Notes: generated by a model not told the origin, from the letters alone. A stretch of DNA of 61,322 nucleotides, filler included, from Basidiobolus ranarum (GCA_040143965.1; 15 parts of 15 records of this genome joined end to end with filler, not necessarily neighbours in it); one strand, 5' to 3'. Positions 35,992-48,201 are shown, numbered from the whole stretch's first letter. A program made the numbers and translations.

Positions 35992-36793
35992 CCCTAACAG
36001 AAATTTTCAGCATTGTTATCCTAGGAAAACTGTCACAATTTTAATCCATTTGGGGTTGACCATTTACTTTCCGTCATAAAATTGTCAAGTTAGATTTTAT
36101 TTTAATCAATATTTTCAGTTTCAGGAGTGAAATTTCAAGATCTCACAAAATAGTTGCAAATGATTGGCTAAAATCTCAGAGAACTATGGATCAACACATG
36201 TGCAAAAAACATAACTCAAATTTTACACAATTACCACTTGAACGCTAATTTGTCACCTTCAAAATCCCTAGTCTCTTTGTTATATTCTCCTGAATATTTT
36301 CATGGAGTTCTTCATACCCGAGGTTTAGCTCATACCCAACCCAAGTTTGTATCAATATCTCCATCAAAGCCCACCATTGTATTAACGTTGCTGAAGCAAC
36401 ATTCTTCCAGCTTTCTGGTAGATACCCTGCAATATTGTGCCACTCTGTATTACATTCTTCCCAGATATCTGCATGGTCAACACCAGACTGAATGTCAAGC
36501 TGAATGTTCTTCTTCTGAAGCCACTTTCTGCATACTTGCACTGTGTTTTTCCCTTCATACTTTTGAAAATACTCCTCAAGCACTTTGACTATTTTTGTAT
36601 GTCCTTGTAGTGTGACACTACTGAGGGTGCTTTGCGGTGTTTGTGTGGCTTTTTGCTTGCCTTTACCTTTGGGACTAATTTCAACACTTTGAAAAGTACC
36701 AGTTGAGGTTGGAGAGCCGTGAGTTTTATTTGCTGGTGTTTTGGCTTGTTGAGAGGTGCCAGGTGTTGGATAAACTTCCGAATTTAGCACTCT
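35992..36793 (-). mobile_element. CMC/CACTA ORF2-side terminus and ORF2 3' end, inserted in an LTR-C (35835-35991)
   Basis: CCCTAACAGAAAT at 35992. The 181-aa open stretch 36245-36790 is the best-preserved ORF2 C-terminus. Confidence 0.82.
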
Positions 36794-36893
36794 NNNNNNN
36801 NNNNNNNNNNNNNNNNNNNNNNNNNNNNNNNNNNNNNTTAATTAATTAANNNNNNNNNNNNNNNNNNNNNNNNNNNNNNNNNNNNNNNNNNNN

Positions 36894-37350
36894 CATGATT
36901 ACTAAAATCTTAACCAAACCTTTGGCTAAAGCACAATTTCAAGTATCAAGATATAAGATAGGTTCAACAGAAATAGAAAATAATTAGTTGAGTGGGAATG
37001 TCAAAATTAGGTAAATAGTAACTCATTATTTGAAAGTTTGTTTATTTGTAGTCAGTGTTTTTAGCACTCAATTCTGCCATTCAAAAATGTGTGCTTGTTG
37101 CACACATTGATAGAATTATCATTTGGATCACTCTTTTCACTATTCACTATTTTCTCAAAACTTTTCCAAATCACCTCAAATGTTTGCCCCAGATTATCAG
37201 GCATATTTGTTATGACTTAAGGACATCCAATAGTTCTACTTCATAGTACACTAAAAATTGGACATAATCAATTTAATAATACTGAAGTGTCTAATTCACA
37301 AATCCAAATCTTATCCAAAACACTTCCAAATACCCTAATCACTTTTATCA
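36894..37350 (+). mobile_element. Copia family 1 RNase H end, PPT and 3' LTR-A (36999-37350)
   Basis: LTKPLAK motif, PPT TTGAGTGGGAA, and a 352-bp TG..TATCA LTR. Confidence 0.85.
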
Positions 37351-37767
37351 TGATTAACTTTAAATTTCAGGTACTGCAGCTTGGAGACCTTAGTTTGAGT
37401 ACAATAACCCAGCAATATTCTACAATATATTTATGATTCAGATTTAGAGCCATACTTGCTTGCAATCTCGATATAAATGACAACATTCTGATCGCAGCAT
37501 ACTCATTTACTGCAAATGGAATTCTTCTATTAATGGATTTCGACATCATATCTGCTGTCCATCTTTTCATGGTAATCTTGTGCTAGTCCATCCAGGCTAA
37601 ATTAGATGGAAATTGTGTTCTTTGGAATAATCCATGAAATCTAAACTATCATTTCATCCATCAAGTAGTATATTTCCACCAAGACCGTACATGGAAGGTC
37701 ACCAGATAATCCTTAATCATCCCCCTTCATATAATTCTTTTAGTCCCCAACATCCCAACACTTGATC

Positions 37768-40654
37768 TCCTAATAGAACTTGAGGATTGTATTGTAGGAA
37801 AACCATCACAATTTCAATCCATGTTGGATTGACCATTTACTTACCATCAAAAAATAGTCAAGTTAGATTTGATTTTAATCAGTTTCTTTAGTCTCAGAAG
37901 TGAAATTTAAAGATTTTGCAAAAAAGTTGCACACAATAAGCTACAATCCCAGAGAACTATGGATCAGCACATGTGCAAAAACATAACTCAAATTTTAAAC
38001 GTTTACCACTGAACACTAATTTGTCACCTTCCTAATCCCTTGTTTCTTTGATAAAATCTGCTGAATAATTTTATAGAGTTCTTCATACCCAAGCTTTTGC
38101 TCATATCTAACACAATTTGATATCAACATCTCCATCAAAGCCCACCATTGTTTCAATGTTGCTGAATCAACAGTCTTCCAGCTATCTGGCGCATACCTTG
38201 CAATATATACCACTCTGTATTAAGTTTGTCCCAGATATCTGCACAGTCAATGCCAGACTGAATGTCTAGTTGAATTTTCTTCTTCTAAAGCCGCTCTCAA
38301 CATACTTACACTGCATTTTTCCCTGCTTACCATTGAAAATACCCTGCCTGCACTTTTACTATCTCTATATTTCCCTATAGTGTTACACTACTGAGAGTGC
38401 TCTGCAGTGTTTGTGTGGCTTTTTGCTTGCCTTTGAGTTTAGGGCTTATTTCAACACCTTGAAAAGTGCCAGTTGATGTTGAAGAGCCACAAGTTTTATT
38501 TGCTGGTGACTTGGCTTGTTAGTCAATGCCAGGTGTCGAATAGACTTCTAAATTTAGCACTTATCCCACTTGTGTACCCTGTATCATGGTAGAATCAACC
38601 AATTTTTGCCAGCATATCTGACTCTGGAAATATAGATGTTTGTAATGGTATCAAGAACTTAGTAAGTAGGACATTAAAGCCTAAACTCACTAGCTCCTTT
38701 GCTTTTCCCTTGGGTTTATTAACTTCCTGCTGCGTAAGTACCTCTCTAACTGCTTTTCTTTCTTTTCCTAGTTTATAATTGTGAACATTTTGAGATGCTT
38801 CATGAATAGGCCTATACTGACCAGATTGCCATTTGTTTGCAAAACCCCGTATAAGCCACATGAAATAACCACTCAGTGTAATGCTTAGTTTTTGGTTTTT
38901 TCTACAATTGATGCAAATTAAGGTGCTTTTGGGCAAGATTTGCACAGTTTTCAAAATGCTGAACCATTCATCATCTGAGCAAGTGGGAGCAGCTCTGACA
39001 TCAAGAATCTTTTGGTTTACTGGTTTTCTGACAAGATCTCTACTCTCATGTGCTCAAGCAATTTTGGGACACTGAGTAGTCTTAATGGTGTGACACATAT
39101 TCTGCTCTTCTAGATTGTCATGGTGATATTCAAATGTATAATGTGGAATTGATTGAAATCCCCTATTCAAATAGACCAAGGAAGCAGCTTGTTGCTATAG
39201 CTCAAGTACAGCATTCTGAAGGTCTTGTATCTTTGTTTAGTGATTCTGTTACTGCTGACCAGTTGCTTCAGAACTGAGCATTAGTTACAAAATTACAGTG
39301 CTACTGCTTTTCATGGCCTGTATAGCAACTTTAAAGTTTTTACTTATGAGTGCATTCAAATAATTATTGTGTTCTGCCTACAATTCCCTGTTTGTAATAA
39401 TTCTATCCAAGTTTTCTATGAAGGATTGATCATTAGCTGGCAAAGTAGCCATTTTGGGAGTATATAGAAGTAAATGAAGACAATGGTTTTGTTACAGACT
39501 TTTTGTTATTAGCAGGCATTAGTACACTTAAAACACTTACAGTAAAGAAAACAGCTTTGATTATTGAGGAGTAGAGAGTTCAATCCAAACTTAGCAATCA
39601 GGTGTTTATTGTTTTTCATACACTTTTACCACAGTTGATCGGCAACTGTTGCTTGCCACAAACCTGGTTCAAGTGGAAAATTCTTTTTAATCTTGTGACT
39701 TATAAATCCTTCAGTAATTAAACCACCATCATGTCCAAATGGTTGTTTGGCTTTCCAAAAGTACTCACCATAAAGCTGATAGTATTACCAACGTACTTGA
39801 TGGATATGACTACCAAAATCTGAAAAGTCAAGGTTACTTTGAGAACACATATGATTTTGCATTAGCATTGGCCCTGGACCGTTTGTCATTAAACAAATAT
39901 ACCATTGGAAAGGCTTGTTGGCCAATAATTTTAATTAACTTAAATTTTCCTCCTTCTGAATTGTATAATAGTCTTGATACTTCAATACTATCAATCACAT
40001 CTGGACCTAAATCACCAGTGCTTACTGATAGTTTCTTGCAGCCTTTGATTGTGGAATTTGAATGGTTATGTAATAGGGTTCAGATTGGTGAATATTTCTT
40101 AAAAGTTGATATCACCCTATTTATTGGTGACACTCCTGCCTTCATTAAACTTGGATGTTTTTGCAGGCACAATGCAATATCTTGCTGTAGATTTTGTCCA
40201 ATCAATCAAGTTTACTCTATCTGTCATATGCATTACCACTACCCAAATGCAACACTAAACTCCATGATTTTACCATCAAGAGCCCAGTAAGATTTCATCA
40301 TGCTCACTGATATCAATTCACCAGGTAGTCAGTAAAACATCAAACTTGGTACTAGCTGTAAGCCTAAGATTATATTGCTAAAGAGGTTCAGCTCAAGGAT
40401 GAGCTTCACATTAGACACTATGCACTTACTAGTCACCAACATTACAATACTACCTACTCAGCTATATAGTGGAAAATTGAACATGAATGGGCCATTTGAG
40501 ATAGGGCCAAAGTTTCAATTGATGAGGAAAAAGCTTGGAAATGTGAAGATACTGTCATATTTTGCCAGGACTCCCATCAATATCCACTTTGATAATTTTG
40601 CAATCCACAATGGCAGATCTGATCTAGATCAAATTGATTTAATTTTTGTTAGGG
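37768..40654. mobile_element. Internally deleted CMC/CACTA copy retaining both termini (ORF2 on minus, transposase on plus)
   Basis: Left end TCCTAATAGAACT (decayed TIR) and right end ATTTTTGTTAGGG. Transposase motifs ALDRLS..CWPIILINLNFPPSE, GPKSP, IGDTPA..CRFC and LDTMH. Confidence 0.8.
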
Positions 40655-40802
40655 TTGAGTTTACCACAGTATATTTTCTATTTAGTATATCATGTTTAAC
40701 CCTGCAATATATACATAAGCCCCCTGTTTTCCCTGATCAGACCTTAGTCTGATCAACACTAGTTATCAATAAAGATTCTTGCCAAAGTATCATCCTTGTC
40801 CA

Positions 40803-40834
40803 GTCTTGTCTTGTCTTGTCTTGTCTTGTCTTGT
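40803..40834 (+). repeat. (GTCTT)6 microsatellite
   Basis: Direct read of six perfect units plus GT. Confidence 0.95.
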
Positions 40835-41054
40835 GGGCTACACTCAAGTACCCTGCTGCTTTCTAGCCTCTTGTCTCTGCTTCCAGNNNNNNNNNNNNNN
40901 NNNNNNNNNNNNNNNNNNNNNNNNNNNNNNTTAATTAATTAANNNNNNNNNNNNNNNNNNNNNNNNNNNNNNNNNNNNNNNNNNNNGGAAAACTTCAATG
41001 CCCAGCTGCAATAATGGGCATGCAGTTGGGCAAACCATCTTCAAAAATGTATCT

Positions 41055-41618
41055 TCACCATACATCACAATCTCTGCAGTCATACGAATCATTAAAGGTT
41101 ACATATGGCTTTGGTACTGGCTTAGTTACATATGGCTTTGGTACTGGCTTAGTTACATATGGCTTTGGTACTGGCTTAGTTACATATGGCTTGGGCTTAG
41201 GCTTAGTAACATATGGCTTCGGTGCTGGCTTAGTCACGTATGGCTTGGGTTTGGGCACATATGGCTTAGGTCGCGGAATATATGGATTAGGTTTGGAAAT
41301 ATTTGGCTTAGTGTATGACCCATACGACCTCGATGGAGACTTGTATGCTCTTGATCCACTGCTCTTGGGTGACTTCTCCTTTTCATCATCATCATCATCG
41401 TCATTATCATTAGATTTTGGAACCAGCTTGGCATTTGACTTGGAGCCATACGATGGTAGTCCTCTTTTCTTTAACATAACGGAGTTCTCAGAATTAACTG
41501 ATGCCCCTTCCCCACTTGCTTCTAAATCCATTGGAGTTGCATGCGCAAAGAAGTCTTGTGATACAAGCGCTAATGCGCCGGTCATCATAAGATATAAAGC
41601 TTTGCTTTTTAGCATCAT
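41055..41618 (-). CDS. Secreted Pro/Lys/Tyr-rich tandem-repeat protein (about 187 aa)
   Basis: Hydrophobic N-terminus ending AHA-TP, a KKR (Kex2-type) site, an Asp run, then PKPYVTKP(V/A/K) repeats. TATAAA lies about 100 bp upstream on the minus strand. Confidence 0.8.
   Translation of the reverse strand: MMLKSKALYLMMTGALALVSQDFFAHATPMDLEASGEGASVNSENSVMLKKRGLPSYGSKSNAKLVPKSNDNDDDDDDEKEKSPKSSGSRAYKSPSRSYGSYTKPNISKPNPYIPRPKPYVPKPKPYVTKPAPKPYVTKPKPKPYVTKPVPKPYVTKPVPKPYVTKPVPKPYVTFNDSYDCRDCDVW
41098..41290. repeat. 27-bp coding minisatellite (GTTACATATGGCTTTGGTACTGGCTTA)
   Basis: Three identical units at 41098, 41125 and 41152, then diverged units at 41179, 41206 and 41233, and shorter degenerate ones. 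Confidence 0.95.
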
Positions 41619-42739
41619 TATTTCAAAACCAAAGGGATTATGAAGTGAGGGAAGAGGAAAGGAGAGAACGGATCTAACCAAGATGGGTGATTTTTTTCAT
41701 TCTTGGACGTTGTGGTTTTATACTCAAATGAATATCAGAAAATCATAAAACCTAGTTTGAGATGTGTTACAAACAGAACAGATTATAATGATGTTAATTC
41801 ATATATTACTGCAATATGTTACATCCTTTTTGCATCAATATGCGAACGATAGCTACGACAAGGATGTAAATTTGTTATTGATGGTTAAAAGCCCCATGAA
41901 CTAACAACCTTGAAACTGTAGGTGGAATGACACTGAAGCAGTGTTGTGCATTTTCGATGTTATTTCACTGTTATTGTTTGAGATATGTAGATTTCCAATC
42001 GAATTTAAAGCTTGGTATTGGTTGTATACTTGTAGTTAACACCGTAGTTTCTGTCTAAAATTGCACTGCATGAATATCCTTAGATAGACTCAGGAGAGTT
42101 TACCCATTTCCTTGTCGCTCAATGAGACAGGAAGGGGCTAATTGCCCAAAACTCTTTTGTAAGCAACGTACACAGTTAAACGTGACTGTTTAGAATGTAT
42201 AATTTACCTATAATGGGATTTTTGCCACTTGTTGACCGCATCATTATCTTAGCTGATTAGGTGCCTTCTTAAGATAGAAGCACTGAACTATTTACCAGAA
42301 AAGTCATTCATACTGAGCACCGTAGCAACTATAGTCCTTTACTAGTAGGTCATAATCATTTGAGTGCAAAATACTCTCTTTCATATCTGGTCACTACTCT
42401 CTCGCCGTTTGTTTTCAAGGTACATCAAATAGGTATATCTTGACAGTTGGCATCATATGAAAATCGAATATTTCCATGTTAGAGTAATTCATACCAATGA
42501 GTATCATAATATATGACACATCACATGACTCGTATCATAGTATAAGGGTCGCCAAGTCAGTTTTGTTGATCCGATTACTTTTTATCAACAGTGTACACAT
42601 GTTCTCAATTATATTGGATTGAGTTCATCAATTTTATATGTATAGTCGCACGCACCGATCAGCAGTGTGTAATTCTGCGATCGTCCTTCAAGTGCAACTC
42701 TGCTAATTCTGGGTTAATAAAAGTATTTTCAAAACATGT

Positions 42740-43030
42740 TTTTACCGTTAACTGAGGGAAAATTTGAATTACTAATATTTATTGAGTTAGATGTGATTTG
42801 AGATAGTTAGGTGCTTAAATATATAAAGTTTTGATCAGATATTGATATTAAACTTCAACACTTTCACTCAACTAGCTGAGGATATATATTCAGAGTGCTC
42901 AAGCTGGAGATGCTTACTCTGAATACTTCCCCAACAAATTGATGAATAAAAAAGCATTTAGCTAAGCAAGTGCATAATGCGCTAATTTATGGCTTTGTAT
43001 GGTATATCTAATATCGATCAGACTATCTGT
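42740..43030 (-). mobile_element. Remnant of a further Copia family: RNase H end, PPT (42861-42871) and LTR start at 42860
   Basis: Minus strand IDIRY motif, then TTGAGTGAAAG|TGTTGAAGTTT. The LTR resembles about 32860-32957. Confidence 0.5.
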
Positions 43031-43163
43031 AAAGTACTTGTATATTAAATGTATATCATTGTGAATCCTTACAACATATCCTTATAGTAGTAGAGAACTT
43101 GTTTTCCTATTCCCTATAGACTTCCGGTATAGGTAGATCTATAGGCTCTGTTACACCCAAGAC

Positions 43164-43756
43164 TGTTAAAGGAATTTGGAAGCCTGTTGGTAGTGGTTTG
43201 GAGGGTTAGAGAAATTAATGGTTTTAACTTACTGATTTACTGAGTATTCATTTGACATTTATGGTTTTGTCAAGATATAAGCAAACTATCATGTTGAATG
43301 TTTTTAGGAAGGTCTCAGGAACATGTATGCAAACTTTGTGACTTTTAGCACAAGCTTGAAAAAATCTATATATCTGAGAACTTCTAACTTGGTAAAATAT
43401 TCCTAGGAAATTCTGATTAAGAATAATGGGTAATATCTTTGTAGAAGTTAGCATTACCCAAGCATCTATATAGTCATATATAGCTTAGTTTTTAGTTTCT
43501 CTAAATTCTACAAAGATATTACCCATTATTCTCAATTGGGACTTACTTAGAATATATCTACCAACTTAAAAGTTCATAGAAATATACATTTATCAAACTT
43601 GTGCTAAAAGCCTCAGACTTTGCACACACATTGCTGGGGCCTTCCTTAATTTATTCTACATATTAGTTAGCTCATATCTAGTCAAAACTATAAGTGTCAA
43701 TTGAATGCCCAATAAATCAACAAGGGAATAACACTAACTTCTCTAATTCTCTAAAC
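43164..43756. repeat. Two truncated LTR-C copies (43164-43439 minus; 43440-43756 plus)
   Basis: Both match the solo LTR-C at 56435-56763, and each is cut exactly by the TG start of the next LTR-C. Confidence 0.8.
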
Positions 43757-44780
43757 TGTTGAAATAAGCATTGCCTAAGCACCAATATAGTCATATATAG
43801 CTTAGTGCTTAGTTATCTTATAATTTACTAAGATATTATCCATTATTCTCAATTGAATTTATTTGAATATTCTTACCAACTGAGAAGTTCTCAGATATAT
43901 AGATTTTTCAAACTTGTGCTAGAAGCCCCAACCTTGGCACACATGTTTCTAGGACCTTCCTTAACACATTCTACACACTGGTTTACTTACATCTTGACAA
44001 ACCTATAAATGTCAACTTTCTACTCAATAATCAATAAATGAAAACTACCAATTTATCTAAATCTCCAAACAACCTCCAACTGACTCCCAATTACTTGAAC
44101 AGGTTATGAGCCCCAAGCTTGCACTCTCTCTAATGTCTACTTCTCAAATCTATGGAACTTTGCTCTCTTTTGAAAAATTGGATGGAACCAATTATCAAGT
44201 TTGGAGAATTAAAATGCAAATGCTGCTGCAAGAAAAAGAACTTTGGGACACTGTTGTAGGAGAAGTAGACAATGCAAAACTATTTGAAACTAAAGCTTTA
44301 CTCCAGGTTAAAAATGAACAAAGTGCTTTTAACACAATTTATCTTAATGTTAAAGACAAATTGCTACATCAATATTCAAGAGCTAAAACTGCCAAGAAGG
44401 TATGGAAAGCCTTGGAAGACACCTACAAAAAAAGCTCTGTTGCCAATAAGATGTGTCTAAGAAGACAATTCTTTAACTAAAAGATGAAGTGAGGAGAAGA
44501 CATTAAATTACTAATTAATAGAGTCACTATTTTAGTAGATGAAATGGAATGCATTGGAGTACCTAACACTGATCAAAATATCATAGTTACAGTCCAGAAT
44601 AGCATGCCACATGAATTTCAGAGCCTAGTAATGGCTCTAGAATCAAGAACTGGAAATTTGATCTTAAATTATGTATTTGGCAGACTTCTGGATGAAAATT
44701 TATGCAAATCAGGATCCAACCAAAAGAATGAAGAAAATGCTTTAATAGGCTATGGGAAACCTTCCTACAAAGGTCAAAAG
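43757..44780 (+). mobile_element. Ty1/Copia family 2, 5' part: LTR-C (43757-44101), PBS (44102-44113), gag from 44133
   Basis: TGTTGAA..AACA then a perfect GGTTATGAGCCC. Gag EKLDGTNYQVWRIKMQMLL..LW and TAKKVWKALE. Interrupted at 44781 by LTR-B. Confidence 0.92.
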
Positions 44781-44976
44781 TGTTGAAAGTCTGGTGACTA
44801 GTGGTACAAGCAGTAATTCCCAAAGAGGAAAATGTGGAGTATGGTGACTGCATCTGAACACAAAATCTAAGGCCAATCAGTTGCTTGTATAGCTGAAATG
44901 CCAAAGTATCATACATTGACAGACTAGGTTAAGGTTCCCTAGCAATATAGGCATAGCATACAAGGACTGGTAGCTC
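44781..44976 (+). mobile_element. Second copy of tRNA-carrying LTR-B (5' 196 bp; tRNA starts at 44964), inserted in Copia gag
   Basis: TGTTGAAAGTCTGGTGA... is colinear with 3839-3644 (minus). GGACTGGTAGCTC begins 183 bp from the LTR start in both copies. Confidence 0.85.
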
Positions 44977-46105
44977 NNNNNNNNNNNNNNNNNNNNNNNN
45001 NNNNNNNNNNNNNNNNNNNNTTAATTAATTAANNNNNNNNNNNNNNNNNNNNNNNNNNNNNNNNNNNNNNNNNNNNATCGTGAAATAATTACCGAGGAGT
45101 ATTAGTAACCATGGAAAATGGAGGTGATAGGCAATTTCGCCCATGAATTTCATCCTAGAGAGCCATAATATACTCGGAACGCAACCAATGCTGCCCAAGC
45201 TCTTTGCCCTCCACATTGACTCGTGCTTGTGGTTTGCTTGGTACTTCCTCTGCACCACCATCGCAATTGGCAAGTTATCAACAAATGAGTCGTGAGTTAG
45301 TCATTTACAAAATGTTTCAAGTGCGGGGATCCTGATTGAATGCTGTTTCAGATAGCATAGGCCCAGATTCACTCATCTGATTCATCCTACTCATAGCATC
45401 CGAAAGAGAAACATTGATGCTATCAGTAAAAGGTTAGAATCGGCATTTCAAACTACACTCGTGTCAATTTATGGATCTATTGGCATTTAAACAAAACACA
45501 TCAATCCTACTAATAATGACCGAGAAGATTCCTGCTTTCACATATTTACTTCCTCTTTTTCTGCCTCATTTAACATGCATTTGGCCTGATATCCTTATTG
45601 GAGTAGTTCCCATTCGTTCACTTAACGATGACCCATCGACCAATATTGTCCTGAAGGATTTCTGAACAATGCGAACATACTCAACTGATATGGCCATTGT
45701 CTGGCGCTTATTTCACCATCGATGATTCTACAGACGTGTAAAAATGCAATTTAGTAATCAAATGGAACTACCTGAACGCATGGTTTATGTGGTTGGTGGC
45801 GCATTCTGCAACTAATCACTTCGTAATCAACATAAGCCAAGCTTACGCAACAATATACACTAGATAACAGCAGTGCATTCTCATTCTCTTCCTGGTACGG
45901 ATTGTTCTGAACTTAAAGATTAATATTTAAGGGAAACAATCTCCGTTTAAAATAGCGATCATCTTTTTACTTGTTATCTTAAAATGGGATGGTAAATTTG
46001 GCATTGAATAGTTGGGGTAAATCATGGGATCCACAAAGAATCTAAATGATTAGCTACCACTCTTTGCTTATTTGGCTTCTCAGTAAGAGACTTTATTTAT
46101 CCAAC

Positions 46106-47068
46106 ATGAGTTTGCCTCGTTTTTTACAAGAGGTTACTACCAGTAATTCTAAGCTTTCTTCCCGGGTACTTGCTGGAAAATATGCCAAGATTAATGAAAT
46201 AGAAAATACCAACTTGAAGGGATGGGAAACGCCAGCTCACCCCTATTGCGTCCTTGAGGCTCTCAAAGAATCCAATCTTCCGAAAAATAGATATTCTGAT
46301 ATTATTCCGTATGATCGTAACCGAATTAAACTGCAAGAAGTTCGATCTAACATGACTGACTACATCAATGCTAGCTACGTTGCCGTTCCAAATAGTGATC
46401 GGGAATATATTGCTACACAAGGGCCTAAACCTAACACCATAGGTGATTTTTGGCAAATGGTTTGGGAACAAAGATCTCGAGTTATTGTCATGTTAACTAA
46501 AGTGGAAGAATCAGGAAGAATAAAGTGCGAGCCTTACTGGCCCACTACCACTCAGGCTTGCTTAAACTTCCCAGAGTTCGGTTTAACTATATCTATGCTA
46601 GAAGAAAAGTACATCGCAGATGACAACTGTATTGTTCGAGTATTACGACTTAAGCGGAGCACTCCTTCGCAGGATGGAGTCCAAGAACTAACTGTTACCC
46701 AGTATCACACTTTAGACTGGCCAGATCACGGTGTGCAATCTCATCCACAAAGTATACTGGACCTCATCAAGTTGTCTAATCAAGAGCAGAAGAAATATGA
46801 ATTAGACAGTCAGGCCAACGGTTTCAAGTGTGGACCTGTAGTTGTTCATTGTAGTGCCGGTTGTGGTAGAACAGGCACTTTTTGCACAATTGATACAGCC
46901 TTATCTCTTTTACCAAAGCTGGAGGACGATTCCATAGATATTATTTTCGGAATTGTAATGAAATTCCGTGAGCAGCGACGAATCATGGTTCAAACTGCTA
47001 AGCAATATGAGTTTTGTTATGTAGCACTCCTAACAGAGCTTCTATCAAGAAACAAATCCTCACATTAG
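46106..47068 (+). CDS. Classical non-receptor protein tyrosine phosphatase (PTP1-like), 320 aa, intronless
   Basis: KNRY, DYINAS, YIATQGP, DFWQMVWE, WPDHG, VVVHCSAGCGRTGT and MVQTAKQY motifs. The start could alternatively be 46046. Confidence 0.95.
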   Translation: MSLPRFLQEVTTSNSKLSSRVLAGKYAKINEIENTNLKGWETPAHPYCVLEALKESNLPKNRYSDIIPYDRNRIKLQEVRSNMTDYINASYVAVPNSDREYIATQGPKPNTIGDFWQMVWEQRSRVIVMLTKVEESGRIKCEPYWPTTTQACLNFPEFGLTISMLEEKYIADDNCIVRVLRLKRSTPSQDGVQELTVTQYHTLDWPDHGVQSHPQSILDLIKLSNQEQKKYELDSQANGFKCGPVVVHCSAGCGRTGTFCTIDTALSLLPKLEDDSIDIIFGIVMKFREQRRIMVQTAKQYEFCYVALLTELLSRNKSSH

Positions 47069-47499
47069 CTATTTGACTTAGTCAATTATACATATATTAT
47101 TGCAATACTTTAATGTGTTGTTCGTTTTTAGTTTTAAAGTCAGCATTCACTTCGAGAGTCAGAATTATTGATGGAGCCTTGGCTTTAAGTATCTACTGTG
47201 CAATAACTCAAGGATTTACCACAAACTTTCAAGTCATTGACCAGACTCCAAGACCTCAAATAAATAAACCTATCATGGAAGAAATTGTCTTTTACATTGG
47301 AAACATAGCAGAAGAGATTCATAGGCCACTTGTGAACCAAAAGTACCTCAGTGTTGCTATCCAGTATCTGATGAATCCAACCCCTTTGTAACTAATATTA
47401 ACCTTAATTTGTTGGTGTTCCATGTTTTTATTATACCAATGGCCCAGTTGCTTATCACAAAAATCAATTTATTATTTGGCCATACTTTTACAATCATCT

Positions 47500-48201
47500 T
47501 AGTTTTGAAGGATTTTGAGATTTATTAGAAGTGGTTTGGAGAGTTGTAAGACTTTGTGACTTTTACTTATTTATTTATTGAATGAAAAGTTGACATTTAT
47601 AGTTTTGTCAAGGAGTAAACAAATAAACTGTTAAAGTATTTTGGGAACCTTTTGGAAGTGGTTTGGAGAATTGAAGGAATTGGTGGTTTTCACTTATTGA
47701 TTTATTGAGTAGAAAGTTGACATTTATGCTTTTGTCAGGATTTAAACAAACTAACAAGTAAAATGTGTGAAGGAAGGTCCCAGGAGCATATGTGCAAAAT
47801 TTGGGGCTTCTAGCACAAGTCTGAAAAATATATATATATATGAACACTTCTAAGTGTAAAATTAACATTTCCTAAGCACCTATATAGTCATATATAGCTT
47901 AGAATTTAGTTCTCTTATACTACAATAAGATGCTTCTCATTATTCTCAATTGGAATTTACTTAAAATAGTGACACCAACTGAGATATTCTCAGATATATA
48001 GATTTCTCAAACCTGTGATAGAAGCCCCAAGTTTTGTGCACATGTTCCTGGGACCTTCCTTGATGTATTCTACATGTTATTTTGCCTACATCTTGAAAAA
48101 GCTCCAAGTATCTACTTTCTACTCAGTAGAGAAATAAGTGAGAACCACCATTTTCTTTACTTCTCCAAACTACTTCTAACTGGCTCCCATATACTTTAGT
48201 A
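47500..48201. repeat. Stack of three LTR-C copies (about 47500-47628 minus, 47629-47854 minus, 47855-48201 plus)
   Basis: Each matches LTR-C. Followed by a Copia protease remnant (48202-48510), a CACTA end (48511-49014) and another LTR-C end (49015-49065). Confidence 0.75.

Noticed and set aside
41098-41290. 27-bp repeats as a CRISPR array
   Set aside because: Head-to-tail units without spacers, in frame within a eukaryotic CDS, and no cas genes.
41014-41643. Plus-strand Gly/Leu/Tyr-rich and Trp-repeat ORFs (41014-41643, 40998-41318)
   Set aside because: Antisense shadows of the 27-bp repeat. The minus strand has the signal peptide, Kex2-type site and TATA box.
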